From contig CAWGPQ010000008.1 in assembly GCA_963824495.1 (NCBI GenBank), forward strand, positions 32,001 through 96,000: a DNA stretch of 64,000 nucleotides, in the 5' to 3' direction. This document shows, piece after piece, positions 40,215 to 48,764 of the stretch. Made by a program: the position numbers and the translations under genes. Numbering within the stretch: position 1 is the first letter of the stretch; every line of letters starts with the position of its first letter. The stretch comes from an uncultured bacterium (GTDB lineage Bacteria > Babelota > Babeliae > Babelales > Babelaceae). The notes under the pieces were generated by a model. It searched no databases and was not told the DNA's origin. It saw nothing but the letters and a program-made list of their open reading frames with translations.

Positions 40215-42184
40215 ATGGCAAAACAAACATGATTTTCTCTTCTGGCTTTCATAAGCCTCATCGGCATTAGTTTGGGCCAGCAAACGGGCCTAGCACCTAT
40301 AACTGAAGTATCGGTACCAATAACATCGCATGAGAATGGTGTACAGTCTACAACACTTTTAGATGATCCTCCTAAAACTCAGTTAAATACAGAAAAATTT
40401 GAAGAAGAGCCTTTTGAGGCTGTCCGTCGCGATAATCAAGCAACGGTTAGTTAACTGCTCAATCAAGGAGCTGACCCTAATGCACGCGATAATCTAGGGC
40501 GCACACCTTTAGATGTAGCTATGCTTTACTATAAAGATATTGATCCTATGGTTAAGTTACTTTTGGATAAAGGTGCAAACGTTACCGTTCAGGACAATGA
40601 AGGCGATACACCGCTGCACTATGCTCTTATGAATCGGAGAACGCAAAGCACGTTACGCTTGTTAGAAGCAGGAGCACCCATTAATATAGCAAATAAGTCC
40701 GAGATTACTCCGTTAGACATAGGATTAGAGTATGGGGGGCAAATCGCTGATTTATTGAGATCGTACGCAAAAAAGCAGGGAATAACCATACCAGAAAAAA
40801 CCGTTATTGATCAAATAGCATCAAGAGCAAAAAAACACAGACTGTTGCTTATTTAAGCATCCCATCGCTCAAGGAGCGAGTGCAAAAAAAATTTGGGCAC
40901 TATATCGTGCAGTATAAGAACCTTATTCTCAAGGTAATTGATCAAGAGCAAGCATTAAGTGATTACGATGTAGTCTATCATGGCCAAAAGATCCAGGTCA
41001 AATTCGTCTATGATGTCCTTAAAGAAATATTCAGCTGGCTGGACAACCAAGCAAGAGCGAAAGACTTTGAGTACCTAAGAATACCGGGAGCAATTTTTGA
41101 GTTTAAGCAAGCCCTGACAGATCTGCTCATACATGATTTTGGAGATATAACGGAAATTTCACCGGAGGATAAGGAATTTTTAGATCTTGACCCGCTCATA
41201 AGCAAAATACTACTCACTACCAACATATCGCTCTTTGGCAATAGTGGTGATTTTATTAAAGAAAGTACTTTTTATTTTTATTTTCTTCAAAATCATAGCA
41301 TACACTGGCTCAAAGTTGTAGAAATCCTAGAAATTCTCAAGCACATTGGAATTAATCAAGACTTCCTCAATCGGCTAGATGACTTTTACAGAACGGAATT
41401 TAAAGAATTAGTAGCCAAGCAACCAGATGACAGTGGTAACCTTGTACAAATTTTTATACCCAAGAATATACTAAATGAGTATCTCTATCTCTGTGGAGTT
41501 CACGGTGTGCCTCTAAAGACCGCCACTATTAATGGCCACCCAACCAATGTACGTGAATTAGGCGCAGAAAAATTTATAGAAATTTACAGAAATAACCCAA
41601 CTGCTCTTGATCCTGAAGAGATGGATCAAGTTCAAGCACGATTATTCTTGACGAACACTTTTTTTCTTAATCCGGCCAGTGGTGTAAAGATCTATACGTA
41701 TAATACACTTGACCCTCGGGCTGTTGCTGAATACACAACAAAGCTACGCCAGCTTATTAATCAGATAATGACCGATTGGGCAACAAAACCAACAATACTC
41801 AGTAGAGCTCTTATTGTAACAAGCCAAAAAGATTTTGAACATAAAGTAAATATTTTAATTAAGATTGCACAAAATCTTCTTAAGCCATCATTACCGTCAG
41901 AACCATCAGATCAAGAAACAGTTAAAAAAGCACAGGAAACGTATGCAAAATTATCTGCTCTTATAGAAGTATATGGAAAGAATTATAACCAGAATACAGA
42001 ACTTCTGAAGCAAGCAGAGACTACTCTTGCAAGTTTGTCATCTAAGTTCTTGTTGCGAAGTCAGGTTTTCCCTCCATTAGAGGGTAAGAAGCTACCAGCG
42101 ACCTCATCGTTTCAAACATACCTCAATCAACTCAAGCAGCTTGCCCATCAAATGCGTGATTATATAGGTCTCAATCAACATTAA
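40215..42184 (+). pseudogene. Disrupted paralog of 42600-44909 (ankyrin + uncharacterised C-terminal domain)
   Basis: ATG 40215 after GGAG; in-frame TGA (40230) and TAA (40452); frameshift in the A-run near 40830; domain ORF 40880-42184 remains open. Confidence 0.85.
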
Positions 42185-42260
42185 CTTTCCAAGCCCACGA
42201 TCACCACTTAGCAAGTAAGCTTGCTACACATACGCCAAAAGCTCAGGTCAGCACGAGATA

Positions 42261-42445
42261 TAAAGCTCTCTGTAACCAGCTCCCCGCAGCCACGGCTATA
42301 CAAAGAAAGGCAAAAGAGATAGCACGGGAGAAATTTAAAAGTAAATTTAATGATGACCCTGAAGAAGCGTAACCATATATATACCATGAGACAAGCTCAG
42401 AGTATATCAAATCTTCGTGAAGCTATGCTGTTAAACCATCCTAAG
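42261..42445 (+). repeat. Direct repeat of 44798-44990 (3' end of the ankyrin gene, (TA)n tract and last ~49 nt of rodA)
   Basis: taaagctctc...gatgaccctgaagaagc..aaccatatat...ccatgagacaagctcagag...gttaaaccatcctaag occurs in both places. Confidence 0.92.
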
Positions 42446-42599
42446 TCCTGTTGCCATCCCCACAACTTATTGTACAGTTACCACTAATTTTAAAAAATTA
42501 TTGACCAATTTAATTAAAATTAAATATACTTAATTTATATAATTTTATAATTAGCGTATATTTTTTTACTAATAAAAATAATACTACTAAAGGAAAGCC

Positions 42600-44909
42600 A
42601 TGCTAAGACAAACGATTGTTTTACTTTTAGCCATAACGAGTTTGAGTGATATTCGTCATGCAATAGCTGCCGATGATCAATCAACCCCAATCCCCGATAA
42701 TAGAGATAAAGCAGTACTTGCCCTTAGTCAACAGCTTGTGGGAGCAATGCGTGGACAAAATGAATGTATGGCTATTCCCTTGATTGCCAAGGGAGCTGAT
42801 CCTTTAGTAAAAACTGTATTTGGTGATGCTTATAGCATAGCTTTAGAGAAACATAACACTAACTTAATAGACTTAATTGATGCAGCAATTCGACTCAAGA
42901 AAGCGCAAGGTAAAGAATTGTCTGAACTACTTGAGAAATGGGGTAATAGTGGTTACTGGTTAGCTCGATTAGCCAGAACATATGCTACAGAGCACGGGAT
43001 AGCCTTACCTCTACCTAGTAAAGATACTCTTGATAAACAATTATTCCGGGCAGTTGAGGATGGAAATGAATCTTCAGCAGCTTCTTTACTTGCTCAAGGA
43101 GCCAACCCTAACGCACGCGATAACGAGGGACAGACGCCCCTTCATATAGCCACGTTGTGTAATAAGGATGATAGTACACTCGTGAAGCTTCTTTTGGATA
43201 AAGGGGCAGTGGTCGATGCTCAGGACGCTAAAGGCAGGACTCCTTTATATTATGCTATTCATTATTGGAATAAAAAAATAGCTCAGCTTTTATTGGAAGC
43301 AGGGGCTCGCGTCGATGTGACAGATAAAGCAGGAGTAACACCACTAGAGCTAGTACTCAAGCAAAGTCATGAATTAGGTCCCTTAAAACAAAGTTATGGA
43401 TTGGCTTCCTTAGTTACACCGTATGCTCAAAAGCAAGCAGTAGCTTTACCTATCCCTATTATTGATCAAATAGCATCAAAAGAAAAGAAGACCCAGACCG
43501 TTGCATACTTAAGTGTCCCTTCGCTTAAACAGCTTGTGCAAACCAAACTTGGAGTAAAAGTAATAGGATATAAAAATATTCTTCTAAAAGTAATTGATCA
43601 AGAGCAAAAGTTAAGTGATTACGATGTAGCCTACCATGCCCAAAAGATTGATTTTCAATTTGTTTATGATGTTCTAAAAGAACTATTTAGCTGGTTGGAT
43701 AATCAAGCAAATATACGAGAATTTGAATACTTAAGAATACCCGGGGCTGCTTTTGCATTTAAACAAGCCATAGCAGATATTATTAAAAAGGATTTTGGGG
43801 ATATAGCTGAACTTTCGCAAGAAGACAGGAGAGCTCTAGACTTTAATCCGGCTATAAGCAAAATATTACTTGCTGCCAATTTGTCACTTTTTGGCAATAC
43901 TGGTAAAAATTTCAAGGAATCTACCTTTTACTTCTATTTTCTTGATAATCGTAGCGTCAGAGACATCAATGTTATAGAGTTATTACAGGATATTTTTGAA
44001 CGAATTGGCATGAGCTATAATGACTTAAAACAGCTCGATGATTTCTACAAGACAGAGTTTACGAAACTATTGGCTCAGAAAATTGATAGAAGTGGCAATC
44101 TTATACAAATCTTTATTCCCAAGAATAAAGTAAATGATTATCTGTACCTATCTGGAGTTCATGGTGTACCTCTTCAGACTATTACTATTAACGGCCAATC
44201 AACTAATGTACATGAACTTGGCGCAGAAAAATTTATAGAAATTTATAGAAATAACCCAGCAGCTCTCGATCCTGAAGAGATGGATCAAATTCAGGCACGG
44301 TTATTCTTGACTAATACTTTTCTTCTTAATCCAGCTAGTGGTATAAAGATCTATACGTATAATACACTCGACCCCAACCTAATAGCTGAGTATAAAAGAA
44401 AGCTTCACAACCTTGTGGGCCAGCTCATGATTGATTGGGCTACCACTAAGGGTATCATGAGCAAACAACTTGCCATCACCAATCAGCAAGAATTCCAGCA
44501 AAAAGCCAATCTGCTAGTTAATAGTGCACAAAAGCTACTTCAGCAATGGGTAACACCAGAAGATAAGCAAAAGGCACAGGAGGTATTTGATCGCCTTTCA
44601 GCACTTATCGAAGTATATGGTCAAAAATATGGTACCGCTGAACTTATCACAAGAGCAACTGATAGCCTGCATGACGTAGCAAGTAAGTTTGCTCTGCATA
44701 TGCCAACTTTTACGCCACAGGCTCGGATCAGCACGAGACTTTACGCACTAGCGCTTAAGAATGCATCACCAACTGATGTTCAAAAGCATAATCACCTTAA
44801 AGCTCTCTATAACCAGCTCCCCACAGCCACGGCTATACAAAGAAAGGCAAAAGAGATAGCGCGGGAGAAATTTAAAAGTAAATTTAATGATGACCCTGAA
44901 GAAGCATAA
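42600..44909 (+). CDS. Secreted ankyrin-repeat protein with uncharacterised, possibly ART-fold, C-terminal domain
   Basis: Signal peptide; ankyrin repeats; VPSLKQL; then YHAQ...NLSLFGN...GNLIQIFIP...QARLFL. Confidence 0.8.
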   Translation: MLRQTIVLLLAITSLSDIRHAIAADDQSTPIPDNRDKAVLALSQQLVGAMRGQNECMAIPLIAKGADPLVKTVFGDAYSIALEKHNTNLIDLIDAAIRLKKAQGKELSELLEKWGNSGYWLARLARTYATEHGIALPLPSKDTLDKQLFRAVEDGNESSAASLLAQGANPNARDNEGQTPLHIATLCNKDDSTLVKLLLDKGAVVDAQDAKGRTPLYYAIHYWNKKIAQLLLEAGARVDVTDKAGVTPLELVLKQSHELGPLKQSYGLASLVTPYAQKQAVALPIPIIDQIASKEKKTQTVAYLSVPSLKQLVQTKLGVKVIGYKNILLKVIDQEQKLSDYDVAYHAQKIDFQFVYDVLKELFSWLDNQANIREFEYLRIPGAAFAFKQAIADIIKKDFGDIAELSQEDRRALDFNPAISKILLAANLSLFGNTGKNFKESTFYFYFLDNRSVRDINVIELLQDIFERIGMSYNDLKQLDDFYKTEFTKLLAQKIDRSGNLIQIFIPKNKVNDYLYLSGVHGVPLQTITINGQSTNVHELGAEKFIEIYRNNPAALDPEEMDQIQARLFLTNTFLLNPASGIKIYTYNTLDPNLIAEYKRKLHNLVGQLMIDWATTKGIMSKQLAITNQQEFQQKANLLVNSAQKLLQQWVTPEDKQKAQEVFDRLSALIEVYGQKYGTAELITRATDSLHDVASKFALHMPTFTPQARISTRLYALALKNASPTDVQKHNHLKALYNQLPTATAIQRKAKEIAREKFKSKFNDDPEEA

Positions 44910-44941
44910 CCATATATATATATATATACCATGAGACAAGC

Positions 44942-46051
44942 TCAGAGCATGTCAAATCGTCGTGAAGCTATACTGTTAAACCATCCTAAGCTGGCAAACG
45001 TTATCCAAAGATTACTTACGCCATAGCTTAACAAAGGCAACGGTATACCAACAACGGGCAAGAGTCCTGTTACCATGCCTATATTAACAATCATAGAAAC
45101 TACACAATGTATAACAAGACCTGTTGCAAGCAATTGTGCGTAAAAGTTTTTAATAGTTGTTGTTACGTAAAAAAGCCGCAAAAATAACAGACTATACAAA
45201 AAGATAACCGTGAGCGCTCCTAAAAAGCCCCATTCTTCTGCCATAACTGAAAAAATAAAGTCCGTTCTACTTTCAGGCAAAAATTGAAACTTGTTCTGCG
45301 TACCCTTGAGAAATCCTTTACCAGTAAATCCACCTGAACCTATGGCAATTTGAGATTGCTCAATTTGGTAGCGTTCTTTGCGGGAATCTCCCTCGCCAAG
45401 AAATACAGCGATTCGTTTCTTTTGATATGGCTTAAGACATGCCCACGTTAATGGTGCTGTAACTAAAAAAAGAACAAAAGACCACATAAAAAATTTCTTA
45501 CCAATACCCGCTAACCACATCATAACAGCACTGGCAAAGAGAAGAATAAGAGCCGTGCCTAAATCAGGCTGCTTACGAATTAATAGCACACTACAACCAA
45601 CAACAGCTAAAATAGGCACAAATGTCTTAAAAGAATAATCAATATCCTTTTCTGTATATAAATAATACGAAAAAAACGCAGGAAAAAAGAGCTTTGTCAA
45701 TTCTGATGGTTGAAATCTTATACCACTATAACTAATCCACCGTTGACCCCCCATGCCAATACTTCCCTTAACAAGTGTAAAGAGCAAAAGCACGATAATC
45801 CCAAAATAAAAAAAATATCCCCACCGCTGTAGCGTGCGGTAATCAATAATACAGCAGGTGATATAGATACAGAGCCCGGATATAACACCAAAAAGCTGCT
45901 TTTTAAAAAACAACGAGAACATGTGCTCGGGTCTATACGTAGCGCTAAATACCAATAGAACACCAAGGCTCGAAAGCACAATTACCAGTAAAAAGCTGAG
46001 CCAGTCAAAATAACGAAGATACCGTCGATCAATAAGAAACATATAACCCAC
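44942..46051 (-). CDS. rodA: Rod shape-determining protein RodA (SEDS family)
   Basis: GGQRWI, QPSE, QPDLGT, AIGSGG, LPE..TDFIF and LSYG motifs. Confidence 0.95.
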   Translation of the reverse strand: MGYMFLIDRRYLRYFDWLSFLLVIVLSSLGVLLVFSATYRPEHMFSLFFKKQLFGVISGLCIYITCCIIDYRTLQRWGYFFYFGIIVLLLFTLVKGSIGMGGQRWISYSGIRFQPSELTKLFFPAFFSYYLYTEKDIDYSFKTFVPILAVVGCSVLLIRKQPDLGTALILLFASAVMMWLAGIGKKFFMWSFVLFLVTAPLTWACLKPYQKKRIAVFLGEGDSRKERYQIEQSQIAIGSGGFTGKGFLKGTQNKFQFLPESRTDFIFSVMAEEWGFLGALTVIFLYSLLFLRLFYVTTTIKNFYAQLLATGLVIHCVVSMIVNIGMVTGLLPVVGIPLPLLSYGVSNLWITFASLGWFNSIASRRFDML

Positions 46052-46069
46052 ACAACACGAGCATTATTA

Positions 46070-47020
46070 TTAAGCAGGCAGCGGTAATGACATGCATTGC
46101 TGATCTTCAGGAATAAGCCCTTGCTCGTCTAAAAGCATACAAAGTTTATCACATACTATACTTTTACGCTTGCTTATCGTGCTATACAGTGCTGCATAGC
46201 ACGCTTGATAGAACTTAAGGCGAGGTTGCTCAAGAGTGCTCCAAACCTGATTGCTTATTAATTGTCCAGAAAGCAGTGCTTGCCATGCTTTATCGCTTAC
46301 ACAACAAAAGCGTTTGTCACTTGCTATAAATGACTTCATGAGATAGAGCGGAATCGACTCCAGCACACTTGTGATAAAATTACGCTTGCAGTTTTCTTGC
46401 TGTGTATCATGGTTATTCTTGAGCATGGTATAAGCTTGAAGTATAGATTGAGTTGCCTGTGAAAGGGTTCCAACAACATGATACTTAACGATAGCACGCG
46501 CCATATGGCGCAGCTCGTGAACTTGCTTTTTTACCAGCATTGAGCGTATAAGCGGACCATCAACGATCTGCTCCACACATCGTGCATATGTTTGGCTAGC
46601 CCGACGCTGATAAGCATATGCTTCTTTAAATTTTATAGCTACTTTATCAAACAGATCAAGATCAAGCTGATGTGATAGTGCTCGCGAGGGATCGAGACGG
46701 GTGGAGTTACTGGTATGCATACCCTGAGCAAGCATGGTTGCTAATTCAAGCTCCGCTTCTTGTGCCAGTAGCGTACTTGCTGAGCGCTCTCTTGACCAAT
46801 ACAGAAGATTAGCAATTGCTACAAGCTCATAATCAGAAGCTGTCAGAAGCGATTCAGCCCATCTATGAGCAACTGCATCATACTTATCATGATACCTATT
46901 TTGAACTCTATCTTTAACTATATCGGCAATTTCTGGCAAAAAACCCTCGATCAAACATGTAAAGCTTGCAAGTACTGTAAAAATACCAGCTATCCCACAT
47001 ACTATACCCGTGCTTCTCAT
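46070..47020 (-). CDS. Hypothetical protein with N-terminal hydrophobic segment
   Basis: 316-aa ORF co-oriented upstream of rodA; GGAG upstream. Confidence 0.6.
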   Translation of the reverse strand: MRSTGIVCGIAGIFTVLASFTCLIEGFLPEIADIVKDRVQNRYHDKYDAVAHRWAESLLTASDYELVAIANLLYWSRERSASTLLAQEAELELATMLAQGMHTSNSTRLDPSRALSHQLDLDLFDKVAIKFKEAYAYQRRASQTYARCVEQIVDGPLIRSMLVKKQVHELRHMARAIVKYHVVGTLSQATQSILQAYTMLKNNHDTQQENCKRNFITSVLESIPLYLMKSFIASDKRFCCVSDKAWQALLSGQLISNQVWSTLEQPRLKFYQACYAALYSTISKRKSIVCDKLCMLLDEQGLIPEDQQCMSLPLPA

Positions 47021-47259
47021 TATCTTCTCCCGTCACGCTTGATGGTACACCAACAATTAAGCAGTGTACAAAATAATATACGCAACCCACAATGCATAGT
47101 TCAATTTTATGATAATAGCCATTAAGCACATTTTTAATAAACACAAGCTTTAGCTAAAACAAAGCTTAGCATCTTTGACGAACTATAGAGCACACATTAA
47201 ACTCATCATTACAAAATTGTTATTTTAAGTGAAAACTATACTTTAAACAAAGGCACCTC

Positions 47260-47928
47260 ATGAATACGTATATTCTGGTATTAGCAATTTTTAGTAGCTT
47301 TCTGTTTAATTCGCATCAACTTGTGAGCATGCATGCTTCTAACCCAGAGCAACTTGAGCTCAATGAGCAATTACTGAAGGCAGCAAAAGCAGGGAATAAA
47401 GATACCGTAATCTCTTTACTAGAGCAGGGTGCTGATGTTAATCATGCTACTAACGATTATGGCCATATCGATATCGTAAGGTTACTTATAGAGCACGGTG
47501 CTCATGTTAATCATGATTTTCACCAAACTGCTCTTAAAATTGCAGCTCGAAAGGGATACATAGATATAGTTAAAATGCTTATAGAGCATGGCAAGGATGA
47601 AGCGAAGTATGATGCTCACCTAAACATTCGTAACCATCAAGCGTTAACCCCCCGGTCTCTTGCGCAAAAATATCGCAACCGCCAGGATATTATACGCATT
47701 CTTAAGCCTATGGCAGGCCAAGCACTGCTTGCTTTACTTTCAACTGAAGGTCAAGAACAACGCTTCGGTGTATTCTATACCAATAACGATACCAGTGGAA
47801 CAGCACAGACTTTAGGTGTTTTACCTGACGGTATACTTCCCGCTGAAATTGCTGCCAATATTGCCCATTTCGTTGTTACTCAAAGACAACCTGAACAAGC
47901 ACGATCAAACCCTAATTCCAACTCTTAG
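47260..47928 (+). CDS. Internally deleted ankyrin-repeat protein (relative of 25728-27140)
   Basis: Similar signal peptide (...NSHQLVSMH), truncated ankyrin repeats, C-terminal LPAEIAANIAHFV. Confidence 0.75.
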   Translation: MNTYILVLAIFSSFLFNSHQLVSMHASNPEQLELNEQLLKAAKAGNKDTVISLLEQGADVNHATNDYGHIDIVRLLIEHGAHVNHDFHQTALKIAARKGYIDIVKMLIEHGKDEAKYDAHLNIRNHQALTPRSLAQKYRNRQDIIRILKPMAGQALLALLSTEGQEQRFGVFYTNNDTSGTAQTLGVLPDGILPAEIAANIAHFVVTQRQPEQARSNPNSNS

Positions 47929-47943
47929 CGTAGTTTATTGATA

Positions 47944-48273
47944 TTAATAGAGCTTGCCACCAGGGGGTATATCTTTATCCGGTGAAACAAGAATTACGTT
48001 GCCTTGAGCATCAGGGAAGCCAAGAACCAGCACTTCAGAAATAGCTGGGCCAATCTGGCGTGGCGGAAAATTAACGACAGCAGCAACAAGCTTGTTAAGT
48101 AATTCGTCTTTTCTGTAATTTGTAGGTAGCTGTGCACATGACCTTTTGATATCCCCCGTAGAACCAAAATCAACTTTGAGCTTATAGGCGGGCTTACGTG
48201 CTTCGGGAAAGTTTTCAATATCAATAATTCTACCTACACGGATATCAACTTTTTGAAAATCATCAAATGCTAT
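47944..48273 (-). CDS. csaA: CsaA / tRNA-binding OB-fold protein; no canonical start codon (absent from ORF track)
   Basis: Manual translation, open throughout: IAFDDFQKVDIRVGRII...FPEARKPAYKLKVDFG...VVNFPPRQIGPAISEVLVLGF...GGKLY*. Confidence 0.88.
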   Translation of the reverse strand: MAFDDFQKVDIRVGRIIDIENFPEARKPAYKLKVDFGSTGDIKRSCAQLPTNYRKDELLNKLVAAVVNFPPRQIGPAISEVLVLGFPDAQGNVILVSPDKDIPPGGKLY

Positions 48274-48324
48274 CCTGTATTTGTCTCAGAATGTTGATTA
48301 CTAAACAAGAGAGTGGAGATAATA

Positions 48325-48400
48325 TGGTCGGGGTGGCCAGACTCGAACCGACAACCCCTCGCTCCCAAAGCGAGTGCGCTACCAATTGCGCCACACCCCG
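48325..48400 (-). tRNA. tRNA-Pro(TGG)
   Basis: CGGGGTGTGGCGCAATTGGTAGCGCA-CTCGC-TT-TGG-GA-GCGAG...GTTCGAG...CCCCGACCA. Confidence 0.95.
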
Positions 48401-48454
48401 ACAATATATGTTAATTGTACGATCTTTTTCTTCTTGTTGCAAGCTTTTTTTAAG

Positions 48455-48531
48455 TGGGGTGAATGGTGGGATTCGAACCCACGGCCCCCAGAGCCACAAT
48501 CTGATGCTCTACCAACTGAGCTACATCCACC
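48455..48531 (-). tRNA. tRNA-His(GTG) with encoded G-1
   Basis: G-GTGGATGTAGCTCAGTTGGTAGAGCA-TCAGA-TT-GTG-GC-TCTGG...GTTCGAATCC...CACCCCA. Confidence 0.95.
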
Positions 48532-48764
48532 ATAGAAGCTTTATATTAGTATAAAAGATTACAAGCAAAAAATCAAAAATTTTAAGCTTTACCGACCTAT
48601 TTTGTGGTATACTTTATTATAAGTATTCCTGAAAGAGTCTTTATGCAAGGCTCGATGATCTTAAAGGTACGACAGCTCTGGGCGGGTATAAATTTTACAA
48701 AAAGATAATTTTTTGCTAATATTATTCAAATAGATATTAATCAAGAAAGTATGGTATAACTAGC

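Noticed and set aside
40230..40454. In-frame TGA as evidence of stop-codon reassignment
   Set aside because: The same gene also has an in-frame TAA and a frameshift, and TGA ends intact genes such as rodA, yebC and uvrA.
46865..47144. Short ORFs on both strands upstream of the 316-aa gene
   Set aside because: They overlap the neighbouring gene start and have no recognisable motifs.
48263..48554. ORFs of 78 and 95 aa
   Set aside because: They overlap tRNA-Pro and tRNA-His; spurious.
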